A program made the position numbers and the translations under genes. Below are positions 25,300 to 39,791 of a stretch of DNA of 64,000 bases, piece after piece. Below the pieces are notes generated by a model. It saw only the letters and a program-made list of their open reading frames with translations. It did not search any database and had not been told where the DNA came from. Positions within the stretch are counted from its first letter, which is position 1. Every line of letters begins with the position of its first letter. Source of the stretch: Eledone cirrhosa (taxonomy: Eukaryota); contig OZ024753.1 of the NCBI GenBank assembly GCA_964016885.1, positions 44,268,001-44,332,000 on the forward strand. Reading direction: 5' to 3'.

Positions 25300-25580
25300 C
25301 ATTGTTGGACATAGGCTATCCCTGAAAAGCTTTGGAGATTTCTGGTGTCCTTGGCTCTAGGGCCACCTCCCTACTCACCACTATTGGCATCGAGTTGGCT
25401 ATCTGAAGGTGTGAGTCTGACAAACTGGAATGGTTGCTCTTCTATTGCATCTCTCTCACCATGCTCCATGGAAACACCTTCTCTATTCTGTCTGCCAGGA
25501 CTACAGGGTGGCAGTGTGTGGGTCCACATTTGCTTATAATAGTGAGAGATGGGGAGAGTGGGAGAGACACAAGCAGCAAC
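25300..25580 (+). mobile_element. Unclassified interspersed repeat family E (unamplified reference copy)
   Basis: Colinear with the reverse complement of 60190-61078 (catttgcttataatagtgagagatggggagag; ttctggtgtccttggctctagggccacctccctact). Transcriptional strand unknown. Confidence 0.75.
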
Positions 25581-26174
25581 TATACCATCATTGCTGAAGT
25601 ATTTTGTAGAGTTTAAAATCCTGCTTTAAACAAACACAGACAGATTGATGTTTTGTATTGTACTCTTGTATGGTCTGTTTTTTTCTTGTTGACTTTTCTT
25701 ATATATAGGAACACACACACACAACAGCTTTGTACCATAGATTCCAAAGTGGTTTCTGGCAAATTGGCATCACAATGGGTTATATACAAGTTGTAATGCT
25801 TATCTTTCACAAGATCATATATGCTGTGAAATAAAATGACACTCGTGAATGAGAAACTTATGTTTCTGGAGTTTAACTTGATAGCACCAGACACGAATGT
25901 CATACACTGATATATAACAAAAACAGAATCGTCAACTGTGTGAAGAATGTCAGAGAAAAACAAAATGCCACTTTGCATAATTTCAATTTAACATTTTTAT
26001 GTATGTATATATTGCATAATATACATGATTTATTTCTAAATTTCTTTAAAAGAATATCTTCACAATTTTACATCGTATAAAAGATAATTTCTTGATGATA
26101 AATCATAATGTTCATAAATTGAATAAAAAAACAAGAACATGAAATATTTTGTCAAAACTGCCACTGACATCATC

Positions 26175-26185
26175 ATGTATGTATG

Positions 26186-26233
<48 letters not shown>

Positions 26234-26446
26234 TACATATATAATATATATATGTCTGTGTGTGTGTGTGTATTTGTGTGTGCCTGGGTATGTGTGGGTA
26301 TATATATATGTATATATATATAAATAAATATGTATGTATGTGTGTGTATATATATATATATATAAAAATATGTATGTCTGTGTGTATATATATATAAATA
26401 TGTATGTATGTGTGTATATATATATATATATAAATATGTATGTATG

Positions 26447-26499
<53 letters not shown>

Positions 26500-27190
26500 C
26501 CATATTCATACATCATTGATAACCTGTACAAAATAATGGAAAAAATTCTAAATATAATACATGTTGAAAGAAAGATTTATTTTTATGTCAGAAGTTTGAG
26601 TGCTTTTGTGAGTGAATGTATGTATGTATGTGTGTGTATGTGTGTGTGTGACTGTATGTATGTATCTATGTGTGTATGTGTGTGTGTGACTGTATGTATG
26701 TATCTATGTATGTGTATGTATGTGTGTGTGTGTGTGTATGTGTGTGACTGTATGTATGTGTGTGAGACTGTATGTATGTGTGTGTGTATGTGTGTGACTA
26801 TGTATCTATGTGTGTGTATGTGTGTGTGACTGTATGTATGTATCTATGTATGTGTGTATGTCTGACTGTATGTATGTATCTATCTATGTATATATATATG
26901 TATGTAAGTGTATGTGTGTGACTGTATGTATGTATCTATGTATGTGTATGACTATGTATGTATGTATCTATGTATGTGTATCTATGTATGTATGTGTGTG
27001 ACTGTATGTATCTATATATGTGTGTGCGTATGTATGTGACTGTATGTATGTGTGTGCGTATGTATGTATGTGTGTCTATGTATGTATGTATGTATCTATG
27101 TATGTGTATCTATGTATGTGTGTGACTGTATGTATCTATCTATCTATGTGTGTATGTGTATGAAGTATGTATGTATCTATGTATATGTGC
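26175..27190. repeat. Compound (TA)n/(TATG)n/(TG)n microsatellites
   Basis: Direct reading. Interrupted by about 110 bp of unique sequence at 26500-26610. Confidence 0.92.
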
Positions 27191-27438
27191 GTCAGACTGA
27201 AAGTTATTACTGATATTTAAAAGAAACGAAAATTGAATAAAAATTACAACTATATTTATGTTAAATTCATAAATAATGAGATAATGTTTAGTTAGTATAT
27301 AAGAAGCTATATAATTATTTTAATGACAGGGAGACTCAATTAAGCTACACAGAAAGTGTGACTACAACAGCTAACTTGTTTTAACAATCCTTTAAGTTTA
27401 TTTAATTTCAGAAGGAGATTTATATGAACTCTGAGTTC

Positions 27439-28028
27439 GACTATAATACCCTTGTTACTCAGAGGTTATCTATAACAAGTTTATCTTGACTATAAAACCC
27501 TTGTTACTCAGAGGTTATCTATAACAAGTTTATCTTGACTATAAAACCCTTGTTACTCAGAGGTTATCTATAACAAATTTATCTCGACTATAAAACTCTT
27601 GTTACTCAGAGGTTATCTATAACAAGTTTATCTTGACTATAAAACCCTTGTTACTCAGAGGTTATCTATAACAAGTTTATCTTGACTATAAAACCCTTGT
27701 TACTCAGAGGTTATCTATAACAAATTTATCTCGACTATAAAACCCTTGTTACTCAGAGGTTATCTATAACAAGTTTATCTTGACTATAAAACCCTTGTTA
27801 CTCAGAGGTTATCTATAACATGTTTATCTTGACTATAAAACCCTTGTTACTCAGAGGTTATCTATAACAAGTTTATCTCGACTATAAAACCCTTGTTACT
27901 CAGAGGTTATCTATAACAAGTTTATCTCGAGTATAAAACCCTTGTTACTCAGAGGTTATCTATAACAAGTTTATTTTGACTATATCGCCCTTGTTATTCA
28001 GCTGTCACCTGTAACAAGTGTATCTCCA
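27439..28028. repeat. 49-bp minisatellite, about 12 copies
   Basis: gactataaaacccttgttactcagaggttatctataacaagtttatctt, with starts 27439, 27488, 27537 ... 27978. Confidence 0.97.
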
Positions 28029-28423
28029 CTACTCAGGTGTTATTTGTAACAGGTATATCTCAACTGTATTACCCACAATACTCAGGTGTAATTAAAGGTT
28101 AATTAGTCCTCCCTGAAAAGAATTGCAGATTCTACAATTATTGGTGATTCCAATAAAATTCTTCCACAAACAAAACCATGGTAGGAAGATCTTTATATAA
28201 GTGAGTTTAGATAAAATATTTGTTTAGTCTATCTGGTTTGTCTTCCCATAAACAGTTTCTTTTCCACTTAGATTTACTATATAATATATATATATATATA
28301 TATAGTTCCACACCAAATCAGCAAACCAATTTGTTGTGGAACTAACTTTATACCGAACTGGTCTTATAGACTCAGTGGTCTTTTTACTACGGATATAACC
28401 TCCCATTGCTCTACCACTATATA

Positions 28424-28857
28424 TCATCATCATCATCATCATCATCAGGTTTAGCGTCCGTGTTCCACGCTTGCATGGGTTTGGACGGGGGTTTTCCCAC
28501 TTGAGGCAAGAGTGGTTGTCTTGCTCGCATAGGACTGTCTGGCGGGTTTTCTACAGCTGGATGCCCTTCCTAACACCAACCACATTTACAGTGTGGGGCT
28601 GGGAGGTTTTTACCGTGTTGCCTACATGGCCACATTTACAGCATGGACTGTGTGTTTTTTTGTCGTGACACCTACACGATCTCATTTGTTTCGGCCTGGA
28701 TGTTGTGGGACCAACATAACTTTACATTGAAAGGGGCGGTGTGGATGGGGTGGAGGTGGTGGGACGGGGGTGTGTTTTGATAGAGATGCCTACTGACTGT
28801 AGTAGGTTTTTACTTTGTATTTAGGTAAGGTGGGTCTTCTCTATTACTGAGTACCGC

Positions 28858-28860
<3 letters not shown>
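28424..28860 (-). mobile_element. 5'-truncated RTE LINE (family B): last ORF2 codons, 3' UTR and (GAT)n tail
   Basis: Minus strand begins tgg cgg tac tca gta ata gag aag acc cac ctt acc taa (WRYSVIEKTHLT*). UTR near-identical to 13703-14248 and 51012-51123. Inserted in a TA run. Confidence 0.85.
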
Positions 28861-28899
<39 letters not shown>

Positions 28900-29809
28900 C
28901 TCCTCCTGGATCCATTTTCAGAAATATTTTGACATCTGTAACATCAAGGATCTCTATGGAGAACATTTTTGCTCAGACATGTAACCTGGAAAAAACTATT
29001 AGCACAGTAATCCACTATTTACGTTGATGTTGCACAAAAGCTAAACAAAACGAGAATATTATCTCAATTTTCGTTGTAAATATCCTTTGAAAAGACACAA
29101 ACAAATAAGCAAATAAACTGAATCACAACACAACCAAAGTATAATATGGAAGATGGAGAATATATTTTTTAAAAACTATTCTATTCATTTCATTTTATAA
29201 GATTGCAGAGCAGATTAACATTTAATGAATTAAACATTTATGTAAACTACTTGTTAATGAATTCCAACCGTAGAAAGAAACCTCTTATCATTGAGTTAGT
29301 GAATCTAAATGGGGAGAAGATATTGCTTAACATCTGGCATCATTTCAGGGCCTGTAACTGGGGTCAAAAAGATATTAACCCTTCTAGGGATTGATTGTTG
29401 TAATATAAGGTCTATATGGAGTGGAAAAAGTCAATATTTGGCTTTATATACTGGCAGCAACACACAATGCTTCACTTTAGTAATTGGGGAAATATCTTTC
29501 GCTTCCCTATCATTATGTAAATGATATTCACAATTCCAGAGGGACAAAATTTGGGATTTTCATATAATAGAAGAAATAATGGAAACTAGAATTTCTATAA
29601 TGATTGTGTACTTTGAGTTGTATAAATCAGTGCCATAATGTGGCTACAAGAACAGGCTGTACCAAACATTACAATTATATAAACGGGAATATGTTTATAT
29701 ACAATAACATGAGGATGATAAGTATCCATATGCAGGGCCGGATTTAATGAAGGGGGTTGCAAAGGAGGGCAATTGAACTATTATTTTGAATAATGGATTT
29801 GCTGTACTT

Positions 29810-30086
29810 GTAATTCATTGGGCCAACCTTGTTACATACCGCATCACTCTGAATCTTGCTGGGAACTATGTTAACAGTACATATGTCTGTGGAATACTCA
29901 GCCAGTTGCAAGTCAATTTCATGAGCAAGATGGCAGTTCCATTGATCAAACAACTGGAAGAGACATCTTGGAAATTGATAGAGATCCATTCTATCTTCAG
30001 AAATAGGTTGGCTGTTCCATTGATCAAACAACTGGAAGAGTCATCTTGTAAACTGACTGAGATCCATGCTATCTTCAGAAATAGGT
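29810..30086 (+). mobile_element. SINE family D 3' part with a 78-bp tandem duplication
   Basis: tcactctgaatcttgctgggaactatgttaacagtacatatgtctgtggaatactc matches the reverse complement of 59785-59900. gttccattgatcaaacaactggaagag occurs twice. Confidence 0.7.
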
Positions 30087-30417
30087 TTATAACTATACAT
30101 TAAATGATGTTATCTTCACCATCTCAACTAATATTTTCTGTTGCTTGTCTTTGCTTTCTTTCCAATATTATTTTATGATGCAATCCTTAAAGAGAACAAC
30201 CAATAGATCAATCACATTAGCATTTTTTAAATATTTTTCTCTATAGTTTCAATAATTGACAACATTTATACAAATTTCTATATTAATGGTTGTTAATACT
30301 ATTTCATAATTTACACAGAAACTAATGCTAAGTCAAAAGACATTTTTTTTACTAGTTTTAACTATAAATTTTTTTTATTTTATATTAAGTATATATATAT
30401 ATATATATAATGTATGA

Positions 30418-30449
<32 letters not shown>

Positions 30450-30490
30450 ATTACTTTTTGAAATCTACTTACCTCACTTTAGAAGCTTAC

Positions 30491-30536
30491 TCTCCCATCA
30501 AAAAGTAATCCCAAAACATGAAGACATATTGTGGAT
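30491..30536 (-). CDS. Weak candidate minus-strand micro-exon
   Basis: ttctcattttaaAG acceptor. Donors GTAAGC (exon end 30491) or AG|GTAAGT (30473). Reads PQYVFMFWDYFLMG or STICLHVLGLLFDGR. No partner exon found. Confidence 0.2.
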
Positions 30537-30739
30537 CTTTAAAATGAGAATTACTTACACAGACAGACACAAATACAACCATACATACAAACACACGCAG
30601 ACAGACAAGCACTATTACACAGTCTTACATATTGATATTCTTACATATAAATGTGTATATTATATATATATAATATATATATACATATATAAGCAGTTAA
30701 GTATATTACTAATGACTTAAATTTTTATTTCATTGTTTT

Positions 30740-31670
<931 letters not shown>

Positions 31671-33173
31671 TATTTCATGCATTAAAAATGTTTAAAGGAT
31701 TAGAAATGATTAAAAATAAATGTCTACTAGACAATAAAAAGTCTACAAAAATTGTATATTTAAAAAAAAAGTATTTTTTGTTTGATTAATCCGAAAAAAT
31801 TTCTTTAAATTACTTTATTCCTCTTATCAAGGTTTTTTTTTGTGCATTTGTGCTTAGTTTTTCATCTTCTAGTCTTTAGCATCTTCTAAAGAAGATGATT
31901 ATAATGTTGAAGTGTGCCAAAAGTAATGTAAAGGACATGTCAATTGTGCCAAGCCTTTGATAACAATAAACCATTGAGGGAATTACAAATATGGAAATGG
32001 TTAGAAATCTTTCTTAGAATGAAAAGTAATTAAATATTTTGAAAATACAAACATCAAAAATTATAAAATATCCTAAATAATTTATTTTTTACCAAAAATA
32101 GATAATTATTAATATTTCTATTATTTTTTTTTCCAATCATCATTTTATATCTTTTGTGTGCACCGTTAAAAAAAAATTGAAAATATCTGTAGACATACAA
32201 AAATAGTTTTAGTTGGAAACTGGATGTAAAAGAGTTTAATTGCTACACTTGCCTTAACATAATGAGAACCTGTCTGGGAAAAATATTGTGTCATTGTAGT
32301 TGTATAACTCAACAATCTTATTGAGAAATATAATTATCTATATAACATTTATATGGTAATTATTTTTTTTCCAGAGTTTAGTTAGAAGGAGAAGATAGAA
32401 TGTACCCAGTAAACTATGTAAAATGGTTGACATTGTGAAGGGCATACATCCAGCCATTGAGATCATGGCAAAAAATGGGGTGTGTGTGAGAATGTGAGCA
32501 TGACAGGGTCTCCTTGCACATGTAATTGTAGTTGATAATATTTATGTACTGAATCTATGTAACAGTGCTGTAATGTTGCATTGCTATACTACCATGTATG
32601 TTGAGCTGAAGTGACTGAAACTGAATGAAACTAAATATAGGATCAATATATCTTTCAATTTTGTAAAGATATCACTATTTACTTCTTTCAAATTGTTCTG
32701 CTCTCGAACACACATCTTTGCTATTGGCTACAAAACAAAGAGGATTTTCTAGTAACAATAGAAAATTATAGTATTTGATTAGTAATAGCTTACTTTAACT
32801 CATTACTGCTAATGAGTTTGTGTAAATTATAACTGTCTACTTTTGTTCAGAGATATCAGCTATAACTATTCATTACTGAACACAAATGGAGCAGTTTCAT
32901 TTTGTCAGAAAATTCTTAACTTTGTTATTACTTATCAGAAACTTTCGCCATACAATGTCTTGTCTATTTTGAAAAGCTTCACTTCTGTCGATAAGAAACC
33001 ATTGTTATCTCAAGGTTATCTTTGTCAACAATTCCCTTCTTTTTCTTCTAATTTATGAAGATATGTGAAGGCACATGTAATGGCATGTGAAAATATGTGA
33101 AAATGTATTCACATGTAATGGCATGTGAAGACGTGTGTCTTTACATATAAAGGCATGTGTAGGCACATGTAAA

Positions 33174-33433
33174 CAGGGCCAAATTTAGTTGGGGGGCAAT
33201 GGCCAGGGCCCCTTGCAGTGGGGGCTCCTCCAGTGATGGCTATAGCAATTTATTTCTGCCCTCAGCTGGGCTTTTTAGTTTTAGAATGGTTAGAAATTTT
33301 TAATTTAATACCTCTATGTATAACTTTTCAATTCCAATTACTTGCACCAAGCTAACTTTGAAAGGTAAAATTGAGGGGGGTTTGCTGTGTCCTTGAAGTG
33401 TCCTTGGCCCCTCAAGATCTAAATGCAAACCTG
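33174..33433 (+). mobile_element. CAGGG-terminated MITE family H (hAT-like termini)
   Basis: CAGGGCCAAATTTA ... TAAATGCAAACCTG imperfect TIRs. Core tagcaatttatttctgccctcagctgg shared with 40293-40605 and 62144-62326. No clear 8-bp TSD. Confidence 0.75.
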
Positions 33434-33996
33434 CCAACACTACCACCTTACAGGGTGTACTGGGTGTTTTTGTCATGTCACCAGTACTACCACCTTACAG
33501 GGTGTACTGGGTGTTTTTGTCATGTCACCAGTACGACCACCTTATATATAATATGTTATAAGTAGTAAACATAATCTTGTGAACATTTGCAGTTTTAGGG
33601 TAAAGACTACAATTTTTAATGCCAGCATGAGAAAGATAATGCTAAATTAATAATTTTGTCCGCAGGACACAGCTGAGAGATATCAAGCTAAGGGTAGTAG
33701 AGAGTATGCCACTCCCTCCCACTCTTTCCTTCCTTTCGTTGTTTAATTTCTTCTCTCATTTTATTTATTTTATTTTTCTTCTATTCTTCATTTCCTTATT
33801 GTTTTATATAAATTTTTCTGTAACTAAGAAATTTTGTTGATAATGAAAATAAATTTCCTTTTCGTATTCATTTTGGAAGATTTTTTTTTATCTCAAAACG
33901 TGTTTTGAAACAGATATTGTTATACTTTGGGAGGGTAATGCTGCCATTAAAAAACATGCACACCTGTTGGGTTTCAGTTTATTATTATTATTTCCT

Positions 33997-34475
33997 AGGA
34001 CGGTGAATTGGCAGTATCGGAAGAGAGCTGGACGCCATGGTTTCTAGCATAGTTACCTCCCTTTATGGTCTAAGTTCAAATCCTGTCGAGGTTAACTTTG
34101 CCTTTCATCCTTATAAGGTCGATAAAATAAAGTACCAGTAATTCTGGGTAATTGCTGACCTAGTGCCAAAAGTAGAAACAATTATTTTCTAATCAATTAG
34201 TTTAATAATCAGATGGTTGTTTAATTGTTATGTTGTGGAGGTTATTGATTGCCAACAACTAAAACATCCGATTATTATACTAACCGGGTGGATTGACAGA
34301 ATCGGTAGAGGGTCGGACACCATGCTTTGCAGCATAGAGTTACGGCCCTTTATGGTCTGATTTCAAATCCCCCCGAGGTTAACTTTGCTTTCATCGTTAT
34401 AGGGTCGATAAAATAAAGTACCAGTAATACACTGTGATAATTGCTGGTCTTGTGCCAAAAGTAGAAACAATTATA
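33997..34475 (+). mobile_element. Two full-length SINE family A copies (about 33997-34185, 34285-34475)
   Basis: Head, B-box ttcaaatcc, core ggtcgataaaataaagtaccag and tail gtgccaaaagtagaaacaatta each occur twice. Confidence 0.92.
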
Positions 34476-35140
34476 TTAACCGACTGGGAAATTATAATAA
34501 TAAATTGAAATAAAACCTAACAAGTGCATGTGTTTCTTTAGTTTGTTATTAGCAACATGACCCTACCAAAGTATAAAAATATATTTGCTGTGTTGTATTG
34601 CAGATATTGACCTTGTAGTGTAGAGCATTAAACTATCGTACATTGATACTTAATTCTGTTTCTCTTGCCTTGATTATATATTTCAGTTTGATGTCATGTT
34701 AACTACACAATATATTCACTTGATTTCTGAAAAATAAAATATGCCCAGCTTGCATAAATTAAAGCACTGTGGTTGTAAATAGACAATGAAACATCCGAAG
34801 CAATGGATCAGTGATTAGCTAAGTTCAGACAAGATTAAGCCTGATAATCTGGTTGCCTCCTTCAGTACCACACTAGTTTATATATAGCTGTCATTGCAGA
34901 GCAGCTCCAAGCTGATATTTCTAAATTCTTATCAGGATAGCTTGTATCTGCAGCAGAAATTCTTTAGAATTATGGAAATTTATCTGGCTTATAATACACA
35001 CACAGACACACACATGCATAACCCCCCCCACCCCACACACACACACATGCACTCACATTTAATCACTGTATGCATATGTAATTTGTATTGTGTATGGTGT
35101 ATATACACGTTAAATATATATATATATATATATATATATT

Positions 35141-35187
<47 letters not shown>

Positions 35188-35800
35188 TATTTGTATGTAT
35201 GTATAGATAAGTACATGATTGTCTGTGTGTGTGTGTATACATGTGTATGTATGTATGTGCATGCATGTGTGTCTGTGTGGGTATGTGTGTATGCCTACAT
35301 ATGTAATCTCTTTGTAGGTTTCGAAATATTAAATATGTTTAAATTTTGATTTACTTATCGGATAACATATGTATACATGTGTGTACATTTGTGTGTGCCT
35401 GTGTGCCTGTGTGTATTTGTGTATATTTGTGTGTGTATGAGTGCAACAATATTATAGGCAGGGAGGGAATGGTAGATTGTCAGACGATATGGGGAAGAAG
35501 GATTGTGTATAGGAATTTGTGTGGTGCCTAGGGGAACAGTTACAATATGAATGACAAGAAGAAGAGAGATAAGCAAGTGAGGTCAACAAGGACAGAGTTC
35601 GTTTGAGGTCAGCCAGCTGCAAGGAATAGAGGTGATTATTGTAATGGTAGTGTTGCACATTTTTCAGCATAGATTTAGGGTCCTTTACATTCTGAGTTCC
35701 AAATGGTGCCAAGGTTAATTTTACCTTTCATCAGAAGGGAACTGAGAGAGAAAGAAAAATATAAGGAAGAGAGACTGGACGTAAACCTTAGCAATTTAAT

Positions 35801-35844
35801 ACTCCCAAAATATTTCGGATGTAACTTCCATTATCAAAGGGAAC
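35801..35844 (-). ncRNA. Degenerate hammerhead ribozyme motif (U3:A8) in Penelope-like remnant
   Basis: Minus strand: GTTCCCT|TTGATAA|T|GGA-agttaca-TCC|GAAA|TA|TT|ttGGGAGT. Stem I (TCCC/GGGA) is offset by mismatches. Confidence 0.35.
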
Positions 35845-36659
35845 ATCTGTAGGGAGGAGAGGGTGCTTTAGATGAATAAAACTGAGATTTTTCTTCCTGG
35901 TAGCCATTTATTTTGACTTTTTGAGTTACAGTTCATGTTAGGTTTTGTTTGCATATGTGTGAAATAAGTACATGCTGTTGATGTTTATATGTATCGGTTT
36001 GAGTGTTAATGTAAGAATATGACGTGTGTGTGTGTGTGTGTGCATGATGGTAAATGATGATTGTTGCTGTTATTGTTGTCAATAATTTCATACAATTCTT
36101 TTAATGTTTGTGGTCGACTTTTGTGTTTCTGAGATATATATTCTGTTGTAGATTGTTTTTGGGTGTTGTGTGTTGTTGTATGTATATATGTGATAGGTGT
36201 GTTGTGTTGTTGTATGTATATATGTGATATGTGCAATGTGTTGTTGTATGTATATATGTGATATATGTATAATGTGTTGTTGTATGTATATATGTGATAT
36301 ATGTATAATGTGTTGTATGTATGTATATATGTTATCTGGATATTACAGTTGAAACATGTCAGAGTTATATAGAGTTGTCATTGTTTAATCATGGGTTTTG
36401 TGCCTGCTTTTGTCACATATTCTCAGGTTTTATGTTGAAGTTTCTCCACATTGCCCAATGGATATATCTTTCCATATATTCTGTCTTAAGAAGGACAGCT
36501 GGGAATGATGTAGTCTGTTGCTTAGGTTGATGTTAGCTCACTTTTAAAATAAATTAGGGTTCTTGTGTGTGAAGTGAAGTAAGGATAATGTTCAGTTAAA
36601 ATCAGGTATCAGACATTCCATTTCTCTTTTTAACCTGGAGATTTTAATAATAATAATAA

Positions 36660-37468
36660 TAATAATTAAATTATTGTGTACAGTGCTGAGGTGCACTACA
36701 ACTCATCAAAGGTGTATGTATAATACATAGAATAATATACAAATGTCTGGAAAGTGAACAGTGCACGAGTCATGAAATAAATGTGTGCGTGTGTATGGAG
36801 GGGGACATCGGGTATAGTGTTGGCGAATCTCAGGAAGCATGGAGGTTTTAAAGGATGCAGTGTCACGACAGCTAATAAAAGATACAGGTAGTGTGTTCCA
36901 TGGAGGTTTTAAAGGATGCAGTGTCTCGACAGCTAATAAAAGACACAAGTAGTGTGTTCCATGGAGGTTTTAAAGGATGCAGTGTCTCGACAGCTAATAA
37001 CTGATACAGGTAGTTTGTTCCATGGAGGTTTTAAAGGATGCAGTGTCTCGACAGCTAACAACTGATACAGGTAGTGTGTTCCATGGAGGTTTTAAAGGAT
37101 GCAGTGTCTCGACAGCTAATAACTGATGCAGGTAGTTTGTTTCATGGAGGTTTTAAAGGATGCAGTGTCTCTACAGCTAACAACTGATGCCGGTAGTTTG
37201 TTCCATGGAGGTTTTAAAGGATGCAGTGTCTCGACAGCTAATAACTGATGTATGTAGTTTGTTTCATGGAGGTTTTAAAGGATGCAGTGTCTCGACAGCT
37301 AATAACTGATGTAGGTAGTTTGTTTCATGGAGGTTTTAAAGAATGCAGTGTCTCGACTGCTAACAACTGATGCAGGTAGTTTGTTCCATGCTTCAGCAAA
37401 TCTGAGCAAGAAAAAATGTTTCCAAAAGTCATGGGAGCTGTGCTGTTTTCTGACATTGTAGACATGAA
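36660..37468 (-). mobile_element. CR1/L2-type LINE 3' end with a 61-bp unit amplified 9 times (36838-37390)
   Basis: Minus translation HVYNVRKQHSSHDFWKHFFLLRFAEAWNKLPASVVSCRDTASFKTSMLPEIRQHY matches the CR1-clade ORF2 end (FFxxR...WNxLP...SFK). atggagg at 36839, 36900, 36961 ... 37327. Same tail remnant at 24562-24593. Confidence 0.85.
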
Positions 37469-37974
37469 GACAATGTAGGCTTTCATATTAGCTAACTTTC
37501 GATCAGTTCAGCATTCAGTATTGCATAATATTTATCCCAGAGAGACTGAGTGAGATGGGGGGGGGGGGGGGGGAAGCAACTCGATATTTTTTTATTTTTT
37601 TATTTCTATATTGTTGCATCCCTTTCATTCTAATTTTTGCTGTTGTTTTCTTTTCAAACAATCTTTTTTCTCTCTCAATGTAATTAGTTTTCAGACTGTA
37701 CATTATTAAACCAATCATTCTCTATTTACTTGCTTCTTATTTCTTTTTAAACCACTGGGGTTATTAATTCTCTGTGTATATCAGGTCCCTTCTTCCGTCT
37801 TTGAGCAGCAGGTATAGCTTATCTATATTAGGTTTAGGATAGTGAAGGAAATGGGTTAACAGAAGGTGTAACATATAATAGAGACTCACAAGATTTCAAT
37901 TAAACAGAGATAACAGGAGGACGGGGAGAGAATTCTCTAGTATGAGTAAGCTTATGACAACATCTCTAGAACTG

Positions 37975-38490
37975 GTTTCATAATAAAATACACCTGGTAC
38001 ACTCTGTAAAGTGTTAGTTCTGGTACCACAATATATCCACCTGGTACACTCTGTAAAGTGTTAGTGTTGGTTTCTCAATAAATACACCTGGTACACTCTG
38101 TAAGGTGTTAGTGTTGGTGACATGATAAAATACACCCAGTACACTCTGTAAAGTGTTAGTGCTGGTGCCACAATATATACACTCAGTACACTCTGTAAAG
38201 TGGAAGTGTTGGTGACATGATAAAATACACCTGGTACACTCAGTAAAGTGTTAGTTCTGGTACCACAATATATACACCTGGTACACTCTGTAAAGTGTTA
38301 GTGTTCCAATAACATACACACAGTACACTCTGTAAGGTGATTGATTTTAGGAAGGACATCCAGCTGTAGAAACTGCACCAAATATGGCATACATGAGCAA
38401 GAGGAGGACACCTTGTTCCATCTAGTCTCAGATACTTGTAACCCATCCAATGCCTGCCTGGAAAGCAGACATAAAATGATGACGGTGAGG
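37975..38490 (+). mobile_element. RTE-type 3' UTR with about 47-bp unit amplified about 7.5 times (37985-38340)
   Basis: Repeated cacctggtacactctgtaaagtgttagt leading into taggaaggacatccagctgtagaaa and the tail gaaagcagacataaaatgatgac. Confidence 0.8.
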
Positions 38491-38972
38491 AGGAGGAGGA
38501 AGAGGAGGAGGAGGAGGAGGAGAAGGAAGGAGAAGGTAGGCATTCTATTTGATTAGTATGTGTATTTATTGACAAGGACTGAAAAGCAGAATTTAGAAGA
38601 AAAAAAATCCCATTTCAAGGACTCAATATCTGAATGTAGAGAAATAATATTTTGACACAGATACTGAAAGTAAGGAATAACAATATTGGGTTTAGATACA
38701 AGTAGTAAAATAGAGAACTTAAATAAACCTCACTAAAAATAAACAACAACAACAACAGAAAAAGCTTTCACAAAACAACTTTACCCAATCAAATTCAATC
38801 AGTATTGAAAGAGTGTAATAACTGTTATGTTTCATGTTCATTGTACATGAATATTTCAAGATATATCTTTTTACTAGATTCTCCTGTCTATCACCAAATT
38901 GGCCATTTTAATAACAAATATCCTTTGCTATAGTTTCTGAGTGATTTACACAAATATTAGGAAGTGACAGTA

Positions 38973-39009
<37 letters not shown>

Positions 39010-39791
39010 TGTATGTATGTATGTATGTATGTGTGTATGTATGTATGTATGTGTATTACTGAGAAAATAAAATAAAATTAGTTTGTTCATATGTAATATA
39101 ATAACTTGATATTATTATTATACATTTTTAGTATAGATAAATAGAAAAAAAAAACGTCTATATTAAATTCAAGAGAAAAAGAAAAGCTGGAGAGAGAGTG
39201 TGTGGTGAGTATGAGAAAGAGAGACAGTGTGTGTGTGTGTGAGAGAGTGAGGGAGAAAGAGAGAGAGAAAGAGTGTGTGTGTGAGAGAGAGTGAGGGAGG
39301 GTTGGGATAAAATATATATAACCAAAGAAGTTTATATCTTGATAACATTCTCTCTAGTTTAATGTCAAAATTATTCCTATAATCATATATACTCACAGAA
39401 ATACATTTTTATAGGCATACATGAATAAAAACATATTGAATTGGGTAGGAAATTTGAACTATAAGAGGTAATCACTTGGTTATTATATGAATTTAAATAC
39501 ACTTTTTATCTGTTTATTTTTATTGGTATAAAATACAGTCTGTCTGCTGAATGAGAAGATACGAGACCAGAGCAATAATGTTAAGAAATTCAAGGGAAAT
39601 TGAACTATTATTTTGAATAATGAATTTTGTTATTTTTTTTAATTTGATTATTTGTTAAACTAAGATATAAAAATGATAAACTTGTTAACATTTATAACTG
39701 GTATGGTGTCTTGATCTAACAAGGATTAAGTTAGTATAGAGAGATAATAAGTGGAATCTACTGACTGTTAACCCCTGATGAGGTTGTAGGT

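Noticed and set aside
25613-25978. 121-aa minus-strand ORF in unique sequence
   Set aside because: No recognisable motif and no strong donor. An ORF of this length is plausible by chance in 64 kb. An exon near 25735-25823 cannot be excluded.
27439-28028. CRISPR-like array (also 17215-17608, 47456-48285, 48818-49741)
   Set aside because: Head-to-tail units with no unique spacers, eukaryotic context, no cas genes.
29744-30103. 95-aa and 105-aa ORFs with an internal repeat
   Set aside because: They lie on a SINE tail with a 78-bp duplication.
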